A DNA stretch of 64,000 nt from an uncultured delta proteobacterium. Lineage in GTDB: Bacteria > Myxococcota_A > Polyangia > Polyangiales > Polyangiaceae. The DNA lies in NCBI GenBank assembly GCA_963782055.1, contig CAWAIF010000003.1, positions 832,001 to 896,000 on the forward strand. Direction: 5' to 3'. Under the pieces are notes generated by a model. That model worked only from the letters and a program-made list of their open reading frames with translations. It did not search any database and was not told where the DNA came from. The translations under genes were made by a program, and so were the position numbers. Numbering within the stretch: position 1 is the stretch's first letter; the number at the start of each line of letters is the position of its first letter. This document shows, piece after piece, positions 51,283 through 60,927 of this stretch.

Positions 51283-52842
51283 ATGGGTGACCGCGATCCG
51301 TTCGACCTGGTCGGGAAGGTCATCGATGGCCGGTATCGGGTCGATCGAGTCATCGGGGAGGGTGGCTTCGGGGTCGTCTACCGCGGCTGGCACCTGAACT
51401 TCGAGCACGACGTCGCGATCAAGTGCCTCAAGACGCCCTCGCACTTCACCGACGAGGGGCAGCGCGCGTTCGTCGAGAAGTTTCGCGAGGAGGGCAAGCT
51501 CCTCTCGCGGCTCTCTCAGCACCCGGCGGTGGTGCGGGTGTACGACTTCGGCATCACGCCGGGCGCGCACGGCGCGAGCGTGCCGTACCTCGTGCTCGAG
51601 TGGCTCGTGGGCGAGCCGCTCGACTCGTGGCTCGCCAAGCGCGGGGCGCCGCTCGGCGCGCGCGAGGCCATCGAGCTGCTGCGACCCGCGATCGAGGGGC
51701 TCGCCTTCACGCACGCGACGGGCGTCGCGCATCGCGACGTGAAGCCGGCGAACCTCTTCGTCGTCCAGGCCGGCGAGCGCACGACCACCAAGGTGCTCGA
51801 TTTCGCGGATCGCGAAGGCGATGCAAGAAGGCGAGAGCGCGACGTTCCTCGCGACGCACACGTCGAGCGGCTTCTCCGCGTTCTCGCCGACACGCCTCTA
51901 CCACCCCGCGCGCCAGGGGCGCGCAGGTGACCGACGCGTTCGAGGCGCTGTGCGCTCGCGCGCTCGCGCGAGACGTCAAGGAGAGGTTCAAGGACGCCGG
52001 GGCGCTGCTCGAGGCGATCGACGCGCTGCGCCTGGACGCGGCTGCCGCGCCGGCACCCACGGCCGCGCGAGAAGTGGCGGCGGGCGCCGGCCGCAGCGAG
52101 GTCACGACCGGCAGCCCGGTCACCCTCGACGACACCGTCCTCGCCGCTCCGCTGCCTCTCCCCGCGCAGCCGCGACCGTCGACGGGGACGGTGGTGGCCG
52201 GGGCGCCGCAGGTTCCGGCCAACCAGAGCGCACCTCGGAGAGGCACCGCCAGGACGAGCACGCTCAGCGCGTTCGGCATCGTCGCCGTCCTCGCCGTGGG
52301 CGCCGTGGGGGCGAAGCTCGCGTACGGCAAGTACGGCGTCCGGCGGCCCGATGCGCCCACCCTGTCGCCGAGCACGTCGGTCGCGACGGACCTCGCGGCG
52401 TCCCCGAGCGCGTCGGCCGATCCGGGCGCGTCGGCATCGGCGCTCGGGCGCCAGCGCCGGTGCGCCACCGCGCGTCGGCGTCGGCGGTCGGCGAGGCGCT
52501 CGCCGCGGCCCCGCCCGAAGACGGGTTGCTCGGGACCTACTCCTGCAAGGTCGGCTCGAGCACCTACACCTGCGTCATCAAGCGCGACGCCAAGGGCAAG
52601 CTGGTGCTGACGAAGCCCTGCTGCTCCTGGACGTGGTACTTCTACCTGTCCAACGTGACCGACGCGGGCTTCAGCGCCGCCGGCGCCGCGCAGGTGGACC
52701 GGGGCTGGAAGGCGGCCAGCGGACGCGGCACCTTCTCCCAATCGGGCCCGACCGGATCACCGGGCGCGTCCACACCGTCAACGGCGATCACGGCCAGTAC
52801 GGCGCGTGGGACGACGACGTCGTGATGGTTCGCACCAAGTAG
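51283..52842 (+). pseudogene. disrupted membrane Ser/Thr kinase (frameshifts and apparent internal deletion)
   Basis: Intact N-lobe (IGEGGFGVVY, VAIK, HRDVKPANLF). Frame break at the DFG motif (gatttcgcggatcgcgaag, about 51800). The activation loop SGFSAFSP jumps to subdomain XI (ALARDVKERF) with no APE/DxxxxG. TM and C-terminal domain are split over three frames. Confidence 0.75.
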
Positions 52843-52860
52843 CGCGCCCGCGCCGCCCTC

Positions 52861-54882
52861 TCAGCGCGGCATCTCGACCAGGTGCGGCAGGCTCGCCGGG
52901 TGCGCGACGAGGCGCGCGTGGCCGAGGCTTCCCCAGCACTGGACGGCGCCGCCGGCGAGCCGGGCGCAGGCGTGGCCGTCGCTCGCGCTGAGCTCTTCCG
53001 CGCGTCCGGCGAGCGGAACGAGCTCGACCCGCGGATCATTACGACCGCGGCACCCGACCCGTCCCGCGCGATCGAGGAAGCACGCGCCGTCGCCCGTGGC
53101 CGCGACCGCGACCGCGCCCGGCAAGCCCGCGGTCGGCCCGGGCGGCGTCGGCGGCACGCAGTTCATGGGTCGATACGGGTCGATCACGTGGAGGAACATC
53201 GAGCCGAGCGTGCAGCCGCCCGGGTCCGGGACCCAGACCTCGCCGCTCGTCTTCAGGATCCACTTGCCGTCGAGCTGGCGGACATCGGTCGAGCTCACGA
53301 GCGGCCTGGTGTTGCCCGCGCGGTCGAACCCGATGGCCGCTCCGGAGCGAAGACGCGCCTCGCCGAAGTGGATCTCGGCGACGCCCGCGAGCGTCATCCG
53401 CGTCGCCTTCGCGACGGCGGGCGTCGGACCGTCGCCGAGCTCGATCTGTTCGACCTGGCCGCGCGCGTCGCCGGCGAGGAGCACTCGGTCGCTGACGGCC
53501 ATCGTGGTCACCTGGCGGCCCCGCTCGACCACACCGGACGCGCTCCAGCGGGTGCGATCGGCGCTCGCGCCGACGACCAGATGCCAGCATCGGACCTCGG
53601 GGCCGGGCATGGCGGCGCACACGGTGTTCTCCCCGCCGAAGATCGCGGTCGCGCCGGCCGAGCCGGGCAGCGGCGCCGCGGCGAACGGTGGCTCGCTCAG
53701 ACCTTCGGCGAAGCACATGGCGTCCTCGCCGGCGCGCCGCGCACACGTGAAGGCGCCGCCGGAGGCGAGCCCCAGCGCGCCGGCGCTCGCGAGCGTGGCC
53801 ACGCCGAACCGCCCGCGCGCGTCGGGCTCCTCCGAGCGATCGCCGGTGCCGGCGCAGGCCACGTCGCCCTTCGCGCGGGCGACGCAGGTCGAGCCGGTCG
53901 CGACGACGAGGTCGACGACGTCGTGGAACCCGCCGAACGCGATGGGCGACCGGCAGCCGATCGCGCGCCCGGTGCCGAGCTGCCCCGCCGTGCTCTCGCC
54001 CACGCACGCGACGCTGCCGTCGTGGCGGAGCGCGCAGACGTGGTCGGTCGCGACCGCGACGCGAACGGCGTGGTCGAGGACGCAGCGCACCTCCGGCATC
54101 GGGCCCGCGCCGAAGACACTCGGGCCCGGCGTGACGAGCGGCTCGCGCCGGTTGCACGAGACCTCGCCGTCGCGCCGCGCGACGCAGCGAAGGGTGCCGA
54201 CGGCGGCGACGTCGACGTACTCGCCGGGCTCGAACCGCACCGTCCCGGGCGCCGGCGCGACGCGTCCGCGCCTGCCGGTCGTCGACTTCGAGGCGGCCAC
54301 CGTCCAGATCGGCAGGCGCCCCTCGGCGTCGACGGCGGCGAGCTCCAGCACCGGCGCCGGCGCGGCGAGATCGGTCGACATGCCGATGCGCACGAGCGGC
54401 GCGGCCGACGCGAGCACGAGCGGCGCGCCGCTCGCCCCGCGGGTCACGTCGACGCAGGTGACGGTCGTCTTGCTCCGCGCGAGGCCGCACAGGTAGTCGT
54501 GACCGTCGAGCGCGCCGACGGCGGCCGCCGCCACGTCGCGGAGGACGACGCGCTCGCTCCCAATCTCTCGCCAGCGGAGGTCCCCCGAGGCATCGAGCTC
54601 GAAGCGCTTGAACGCGTCGTCGCTCCCCACGGCCGCGGGCGGCGCTTGCCTCGACGCGTAGGGCGCGTCTCCGTGGGCGCTGCGCGTCACGAGCGCGCCG
54701 TCCTGAGCGATCCAGACGGTGTCGCCGGTCACGCCGAGGAACTTCGCCGGGGTCCGCGCCACTCGTGCCGTCGCGGCGGACGCGGCGGGTGCCACCTCGC
54801 CCGCCACCGGGAGCGGGGCGCCGCCGCACGCGCTCGAGCCGAGCGCCAGCCCGACGACGCCGAGCGCGCGCACGAGAGCCAT
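52861..54882 (-). CDS. RCC1-like repeat lipoprotein
   Basis: GSSAC lipobox; HVCALRHDGSVACVGESTAGQLG, TCVARAKGDVAC, HACARLAGGAVQCWG. Confidence 0.82.
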   Translation of the reverse strand: MALVRALGVVGLALGSSACGGAPLPVAGEVAPAASAATARVARTPAKFLGVTGDTVWIAQDGALVTRSAHGDAPYASRQAPPAAVGSDDAFKRFELDASGDLRWREIGSERVVLRDVAAAAVGALDGHDYLCGLARSKTTVTCVDVTRGASGAPLVLASAAPLVRIGMSTDLAAPAPVLELAAVDAEGRLPIWTVAASKSTTGRRGRVAPAPGTVRFEPGEYVDVAAVGTLRCVARRDGEVSCNRREPLVTPGPSVFGAGPMPEVRCVLDHAVRVAVATDHVCALRHDGSVACVGESTAGQLGTGRAIGCRSPIAFGGFHDVVDLVVATGSTCVARAKGDVACAGTGDRSEEPDARGRFGVATLASAGALGLASGGAFTCARRAGEDAMCFAEGLSEPPFAAAPLPGSAGATAIFGGENTVCAAMPGPEVRCWHLVVGASADRTRWSASGVVERGRQVTTMAVSDRVLLAGDARGQVEQIELGDGPTPAVAKATRMTLAGVAEIHFGEARLRSGAAIGFDRAGNTRPLVSSTDVRQLDGKWILKTSGEVWVPDPGGCTLGSMFLHVIDPYRPMNCVPPTPPGPTAGLPGAVAVAATGDGACFLDRAGRVGCRGRNDPRVELVPLAGRAEELSASDGHACARLAGGAVQCWGSLGHARLVAHPASLPHLVEMPR

Positions 54883-55107
54883 CGCCCGAGCATACGTCCG
54901 GGAGGCCGCGAGCTCCCCCGAGAACGTCGCTTCCATGACGGTCGAGGTAGCCTGCGGCGGAGCGCGGCGTCCTGGTGAAGAAGGACATCTCGATCGACTG
55001 CGACCTCCGCAAAGGAGTGGACGCCTCCGTGCGGGAGGAGCTCGGCGTCGTCCCCCTCGAGGCCGTCGCGCTGCCCGGCTGACGGCGCGCGCCGAGCTGC
55101 GGCGCGC

Positions 55108-55143
55108 CGCCAATATTGGCGACCCGGACCGCCAATATTGGCG
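55108..55143. promoter_or_regulatory. tandem perfect palindromes CGCCAATATTGGCG x2 (22-bp period); candidate operator
   Basis: Copies at 55108-55121 and 55130-55143, in the intergenic region upstream of the WYL gene. Confidence 0.6.
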
Positions 55144-55270
55144 AGCCTTCCGACCCGATGGCGCGGCGGTGCGCTGGACATATGTCACTCATCCCCAGGG
55201 AGTAGATCGCGACACTTGGCAATCGCGTCTACACGCCTATCCTCGGAGATCCTCGAGAGGAGGGTTCGGA

Positions 55271-56251
55271 GTGGGACAGCGCAGCGCGGGACAGACGCTC
55301 GCGGCGATCTACGTCGCCTTCACGCGGAAGAGAGACTGGACGCAGGCGGAGCTCGCGCGCGAGATCGGCATCAGCTCCAAGACGCTGGGCAAGCGGCTCG
55401 CGGAGCTCGAGGCCCTCGGGATGGGGATCGAGAAGGACGCGGACCCGCCGCACGTGTACTGGAGCGTCCCGAAGGGCTGGCTCCCCGGCGCGCTCGCGCT
55501 GACGAAGGAGCAGGTCGGGGAGGCGCTCCGGCTGCTCTCCCGGCTTCCGCGCACGAGGCGCCGCGACGCTCTCCTCGGCATGCTGGCGCGGGCGGTGCCG
55601 GCGCCGGAGCGACCCGTGCGCGATCCGGCGGACCAGGCGCAGCGCGACGAGCTGCTCTCGCAGGTCGAGGACGCCGCCCGATCCCTCGCCGTGCTCCACT
55701 TCCGCTACCGGAGCGCGAGCAGCGGCGCGGACCGGCTGCGCCGCGCCTCGGTGCACCGGGTGGTGCACGGCCCGCGCGCGCGCTTCGTCGCCTTCTGCCA
55801 CGAGAAGCAGGCGCTGCGCTGGTTTCGAGTCGACCGGGTGCAGAGCGCGCGGATCGACCCCGCGGCGCGCTTCCACGAGGTGGAGCCGGACGCGGTGGAC
55901 GCGTTCGTCGCCGGGAGCGTGGACGGCTTCCACCGGGGCGAGCCGGTGGCGTGCTCCTTCGTGCTGCTCCGCCGGGACATGGCCTGGGTGCAGGACACCT
56001 TGCCCGTCTCGATGCGGGTGGAGTCGACCGCGGAAGGCCTGCGCTTCGAGGCGATCACCGCGGGCGTGGAGCCGCTCGCGCGCTTCGTGGTGGGGCTCGG
56101 CGACGGCGCGAGGGTGGAGACGCCGGAGCTGGCGCTCCGCGTGAAGGAGCTGGCGCTCGGCGCGCTCGGGCAGGAGCCGGCGCGCGCGCGCCCGCTGCGG
56201 AGCACCAAACCACGCCGCGCGCAAGCCGCGCTGCTCAAGAGGGGGCGCTAA
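55271..56251 (+). CDS. HTH-WYL-WCX transcriptional regulator
   Basis: GGAGG RBS then GTG. N-terminal HTH (WTQAELAREIGISSKTLGKRLAELEALG), WYL domain (LHFRYRS..R.AS..FVAFCHEKQALRWFRVDRV), WCX-like end (ARFVVGLGDGARVETPEL). Confidence 0.88.
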   Translation: MGQRSAGQTLAAIYVAFTRKRDWTQAELAREIGISSKTLGKRLAELEALGMGIEKDADPPHVYWSVPKGWLPGALALTKEQVGEALRLLSRLPRTRRRDALLGMLARAVPAPERPVRDPADQAQRDELLSQVEDAARSLAVLHFRYRSASSGADRLRRASVHRVVHGPRARFVAFCHEKQALRWFRVDRVQSARIDPAARFHEVEPDAVDAFVAGSVDGFHRGEPVACSFVLLRRDMAWVQDTLPVSMRVESTAEGLRFEAITAGVEPLARFVVGLGDGARVETPELALRVKELALGALGQEPARARPLRSTKPRRAQAALLKRGR

Positions 56252-56311
56252 GTGGGCGCATGGTTGGGAGCTCGACCAGGTGCATCGTGGCGCACCGTGA
56301 CCGAGCGAGCC

Positions 56312-57085
56312 TCAGCGCTTCTTCTTCGGCTTCGCCGCCGGCTTCCGCGTGGACCGTGCGGCCTGCGTCGTCGTGACCTTCGGCACGGTCACCTTGCCGG
56401 CTCCCCGGGCGACGGCGTTACCGAAGTGCGCGAGCGCGCCGGCCGGGACGTCGCGGAAGGAGAAGAGCCCCGCGTGCTCGCTCACCACCACCGACGCCAG
56501 CGGCGCGTGCTTCGTCAGCTCCGCGGAGAGCGCCTCGTAGGTCTGGCTCCTCGGCTTGCGGCGCGCCGCGCTCGTCAGCTTGGACGTCGCCGCCTGGATG
56601 TCGGTGACGGTGGCGTTCGCGAGGGCGCGAAGGTGCGTCGTGCCGTCCGCCTTCACCGGGACCTTCATCCGGTCGAAGTCGATGGGCGCCTTGCCGAGCG
56701 GCCCGCCGTTCTTCGCCTCCAGGTACCCGAGCGCCGCGTCGAGGGTGGACACGCCGTAGCGCTCCTCCTGCGCCGCGCTCGCGTGGTGCGCGACACGGAT
56801 GTTGCGCAGCGCGGTGCGCTCCGTCTCGTGAAGCGCCTTCTCGTAGAACTCGCGCGCCGACCGGTAGTCGCCGACGACGTAGAGGGGCGGGTCGTGGGTG
56901 ACGATCGCCTCCGCCGTCTCCCAGAGCACGTCGAACGCCCTGGACCCTCGCGCCTGTGCGTCGCGGAGCGTCGCGAGGTGCTCGTCCCAGAGCTTCTTCA
57001 GCTTTGCGTCGACCTTCACCTTGGGGTCGCCGGGGGACATGAGGAGGGGGAGGGGCTTGGTGCGACGGGGGCGGGCCTTGCGCAT
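56312..57085 (-). CDS. hypothetical basic protein, possible DUF3102-like DNA-binding protein
   Basis: Protein-like 257-aa ORF; YRSAREFYEKAL..ERTALRNIRVA..YGVSTL recalls DUF3102-type helices (by eye only); Lys/Arg-rich termini. Confidence 0.65.
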   Translation of the reverse strand: MRKARPRRTKPLPLLMSPGDPKVKVDAKLKKLWDEHLATLRDAQARGSRAFDVLWETAEAIVTHDPPLYVVGDYRSAREFYEKALHETERTALRNIRVAHHASAAQEERYGVSTLDAALGYLEAKNGGPLGKAPIDFDRMKVPVKADGTTHLRALANATVTDIQAATSKLTSAARRKPRSQTYEALSAELTKHAPLASVVVSEHAGLFSFRDVPAGALAHFGNAVARGAGKVTVPKVTTTQAARSTRKPAAKPKKKR

Positions 57086-57128
57086 GGGCGGAATGTCGCA
57101 TCGTGGGGCGGGGTGGGGCAAGAGGGAC

Positions 57129-57164
57129 CGCCGATGTTGGCGGGGAGGGTCGCCGATGTTGGCG
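57129..57164. promoter_or_regulatory. tandem imperfect palindromes CGCCGATGTTGGCG x2 (22-bp period); candidate operator
   Basis: Copies at 57129-57142 and 57151-57164. Reverse complement CGCCAACATCGGCGACCCTCCCCGCCAACATCGGCG mirrors 55108-55143. Lies upstream of the 56312..57085 gene. Confidence 0.6.
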
Positions 57165-57202
57165 GGGGCTGCGACGAAGACGTGCTTCATCGCGCCCGAA
57201 CT

Positions 57203-57600
57203 CTAGGCGACCTCGCGGATGCTCGAGCCCGACACGGCCGGCACGATGTCGGTGATGAACGGCGCGGCGAATCTCGTCCCTGGGCAGCGTCGAGCTCCAC
57301 GCCGCCGACATCGACCGGAGCCACGCGAGCACGTGCTGGTCGCGGCCTCCGGGGGGCACGACCGCGAGCAAGTGATCCGTCGGGACGCGCCCGTCCTGAA
57401 CGAGCGAGGGCTCGTCGATCGAGGTGTACGTGTCCCTCACGATGACGCACACCGCGTCGTCGAAGACGAGGCCACTGGGGCAGCCCGAGGACAGCATCCG
57501 CTGTTTCAGCCGCGCAACTGCGGTGGCGTCGGCGCGCGCCGTCGTCTCGACCACGAGCACGGGCTTGGGATCGGGAGGATCGGATGACCACGAAGACCAC
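57203..57600 (-). pseudogene. frameshifted small hypothetical gene, weakly restriction-endonuclease-fold-like
   Basis: Protein-like stretch PKPVLVVETT..AVARLKQRMLSSGCPSGLVFD..VRDTY. The start (GTG 57600) and end (..AAPFITDIVPAVSGSSIREVA, TAG 57203) lie in other frames. Confidence 0.4.
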
Positions 57601-57719
57601 GTGGTGATCGTTACGCCGGGGGAGCGAGGGGGAAGCGAGAAAGCGCGAGACGTGACGTCGTCGCAGGAACGGGCCAAGCGCGGGGGTTGTGCCAGCCGGT
57701 TGGCTGCAGGAGCATCGCA

Positions 57720-59160
57720 GCCTCCTCAGCAGAATCTGTGGGTGAGCTCCGGCTCGGGTAGAGCGCCAAGTGCATGATACAAAGCGATTTCTGCGCCATG
57801 ATAGGTGCGAAAACCGAAGGATTTTCTGGAGGTCAGTTTGGCCTTGGTGTTGAACCCCTCCACGACGCCGCTGGAAACCTGCCCTTTGGCACGGAACCAG
57901 TTGAGCAGCCGCGCGGTGGCCCCGGTGGGCGCGCAGCAACTTCGCAAACGGGTCGAGTCGTCGAGCGCATGGCCATGGTGACCACTTGTCCAGGAAGCGC
58001 CCGGCCCAGTAGGGCGAGCGATAGCCCCAGAAGTACTGGAAGTCCTCCTTGAGCAAGTAGGCGCGGACGGAGCGAAGTTGTAGCGCACCAGCTCGGCGAG
58101 CTTGCTGCCCGCTTGTCGGGAGGTTCTCCGGGCGCTTGAGCAGCAGCCAGCGGGTCTTGGTGAGCAGGGGGTGGCGTCCGGTGGCGCGCAGGGCGCGGAC
58201 CTCGTCGCGCCGCACGGTGTCGACGGCCTCGCCGAGGAGCTTGGCGACGTGGAAGCGGTCGAGCACGTGGAGGACGACGGAGCAGCGGGCCTGCACGACG
58301 CTGAGGAAGGCACGCCACATGTCGCTGGCCACGAAGGCGATAGCCTTGGTGCGCTCCTCGCCGAGCATGTCGAAGAAGGAATGGAAGCTCGCGGCGGTGC
58401 GGTCGCGGGCGATGTGGAGCAGGCGACGGCAGTCGTGGTCGATCTGGTAGACGACGGTGAGGTACTTCTGCCCCTTCTTCCAGGCCAGCTCGTCGACGCC
58501 GATGGACCGGATGCCATCGAGGCTGCGATGCTCGAGGCCCCACTGTACCGCGTGCTCGACGCAGCGGAAGACGGTGTCCCAGCTCGAGTGGAAGCGGCGC
58601 GCCACCTCCGTCCACGAGAGCACCCGCGCCCAGCTCGCGACGAACCACACGAACGCGTGCGTCGCCTGGCTCTTGCCGGAGGCCCAGGGCACCAGCTCCA
58701 CCGTGACGCCGCAACGCGGACAGTCCACGCGGCGCATCGCATAGACGAACAACACCGCGATGCCCCAGAGCGGCACGAAGGTGAACAGGCGCGGCGGCCC
58801 GTGGTCGTAGCCGCGCCGCTTCCGGTAGCAGTGCGAGCACACGGCAAGGGACCCGCGGCGAGGTCGAACGTGGACGTGCAGCGCTGGCCGCGTGGGCGTC
58901 CCGGCCCAGGTGATCTTGTCGTAGACGAATCCGGGCTGCGGCTGCAGCCGGCGCAGGATAGATTGAAGGTGCATCGTGCGAGGGGGTTGGAGGTTGGATG
59001 CCGTCTTCCTTGCACGATGCATCCTTCCCTTCCAGCCCCAACGACCGGCGCTCGGCGCGAGGCTCGCGGGCGGGACGCCCACACGCTCCCGCGATGCGAG
59101 CCCCGTGACGAGCGCCGAGCGATCCGCTTCACGTCAACCCACGGATTCGGCGGGGGAGCC
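57720..59160 (-). mobile_element. ISL3-family insertion sequence, 1441 bp
   Basis: Terminal inverted repeats GCCTCCTCAGCAGAATCTGTGGGT (from 57720) and reverse complement of the 59160 end GGCTCCCCCGCCGAATCCGTGGGT (19/24 match). 8-bp direct repeat GCATCGCA at 57712-57719 and 59161-59168. Confidence 0.92.
57726..58974 (-). pseudogene. ISL3 transposase (several frameshifts in the 3' third)
   Basis: Zinc finger CSHC..RRVDCPRCG..VPWA, IGVDE, SDMW, DRFHV, RAYLLKE, SSGVVEGFN.KAK..FGFR, LTHRFC; split over frames between about 57900 and 58120. Confidence 0.85.
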
Positions 59161-59274
59161 GCATCGCAAAAGCCTACCCGACGACCAATGGTCCCAAAGC
59201 CTGCGTCGCCACATTTGCCCGAAGCACGAGCCCGCCATGAAACACCACCTTACAGGAGACCCGATGGCATTGAA

Positions 59275-60927
59275 CCTGGATTTCGCTCGCACCGGTCCTC
59301 GGAGCGGGCGCGGGCGTCGCACGGGTCGGCGCGTCCCCGATGGTGCCCGGCACGGCTGCCGCGCACGATAAGCGCGTAGCGTGAGCACACGTCCCCCTTT
59401 CCCCCGCCTCGCAAACCAAGTTGTGTGCCGGTCAATTCAGCATCGGGCGAGGAGCGAGTCGCAGCTGCCAGCGACCCCCGACGCGCAGCAGGCGGCGGGC
59501 ACCAGGACGCAGGCGCGACGCATCCAGGTCGCGCGCCAGTGTGCCACGGCGGTCCCCGGGCACAGCGACAGCACCCAGCGACGCATCAGGTTGTAGGCCA
59601 GCAGCTTGAGCAGCAACGCGGCCTCGTTGGCGTCGAAGGTGTTCGTCGGGGCGTAGCCGATGCCGAAGGCGTTCTTGAGCTCGGCGAAGAGCGGCTCGAT
59701 CCCCGCCCGGCCGTCGTAGAAGCGCGCCACGTCGTCGGCGTCGCGGTCGTGATCGTTGGTCAGGTAGACCTGCGCCGAGTAGTCGAGGTCCTCCCAGAGG
59801 TGGACCTGCTTGCCGGTGTCGCGCTCGCTGGTCCGCACCGCCACCACGCGCCAGCCGGGAGGCCAGTCGTCGCGGCGGAAGTCCACCACGGCGACCTGTC
59901 GCGTCGGCTCGCCGAAGGCATCGCAATCGGTCGTGCGCCAGCGCGTCGTGCGCGCGACGGCGCTCATCAGGTTGGCGGTCTGCCGCATCTTCGCCACGAA
60001 GTACGCCCCGCCGCGCTCGACCGCAGAAAGCAGCGCTGCAGACTCTCCGCCGGAGTCGATCCGCATCGTCACCACGGCTTTCGGCGCGGCGCGATGCAGC
60101 CGTCCGATCCACTGCGCGATGTCCTCGACGTCGTCCTCGCCGATGCCCGTGTCGCCCGGCCGCAGCCGCGCTCCGAGCATCGTATCGGTCTCGGCGATGC
60201 GCGCCAGGATCGGGTGATAGCTCACGCGGCCGTGGTAGCGCGGGTTGTAGCCGACGTGCGCTCCCTCTTGCTCGCCGAACAGCGGCGTCACCGTCGTGTC
60301 CACGTCGATGGTCAGCTCCTTGGCGCGGAGCTTGGTGAGCGGCTCGAGCCCCTGCTCGGCCATCAGCTCTTCCAGCCTCTCGAGCTCGCGGCCCCTGAAG
60401 CGCCGCAGATCGTCGTAGAGCACGTCGATGCTCGGCACGATGCCGCCGGCGAGGTGCCGGAACACCGGGTCCGTCGCGAGCACCTCGAAGTCGAAGATGC
60501 GCCGCGCTCCCGCCACCGACGCGTCGAGCAGAAGCTGAATCTGCGCCGCCATCGGATAGACCACCTGCGCTCCGGTCTTGAGGTGCCCGAAGTCCCGCCG
60601 AAGCCGACGCCCGAGTCCAATCCCCTGCACGAACGCGTTGAAGGACGCGAGGCCCCCGAGTCCCGACAACCTCGGGTCCGGCCGCCCCACCTCCAGCCCG
60701 CTCGCGCGTGCTCGCCGCACCCGGCGATTCGCCCGCTGCCACTCCCACCCCTCGGGACGCTTGCTTCCGAGCTGCTCTCGTCGCACCTTCTGGGTGCTCG
60801 GCGTGTCGCTTGTTGTTGTCTTCATCAACTCCATCAACCGGCGCGCCGAGCGCTAAATTCCAGGGCGCGCGTCGATTTTCAGGAGCGTGCATCATGCAAC
60901 CGTCGCCGGAATGGAGCGAAATCTAGG
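59275..60927 (-). mobile_element. IS1380-family insertion sequence, 1653 bp
   Basis: Terminal inverted repeats CCTGGATTTCGCTC (59275-59288) and GAGCGAAATCTAGG (60914-60927), 13/14 match. 5-bp direct repeat TTGAA at 59270-59274 and 60928-60932. Confidence 0.92.
59432..60834 (-). CDS. IS1380-family DDE transposase (probable frameshift near 59490)
   Basis: LSGLGGL, TIDVDTT..FGEQEGA..GYN..SYHP, LRPG, MRIDSG, FYDGRAGIEPLFAELK, FDANEA..LAYNL. The natural end LLRVGGRWQLRL lies in the frame ending at 59432. Confidence 0.88.

Noticed and set aside
55108..57164. 14-bp palindromes as a mini CRISPR array
   Set aside because: Repeat (14 bp) and gap (8 bp) are far too short. No CRISPR array was found anywhere in the window.
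57900..58120. Programmed frameshifting in the ISL3 transposase
   Set aside because: ISL3 transposases are normally single ORFs; there are several breaks and no slippery heptamer was seen.
57720..60927. ISL3 + IS1380 as one composite transposon or a CRISPR-associated transposon
   Set aside because: Different families, each with its own inverted repeats and target duplication. No TnsB/TnsC/TniQ, cas3 is present, and the IS1380 interrupts csb1.
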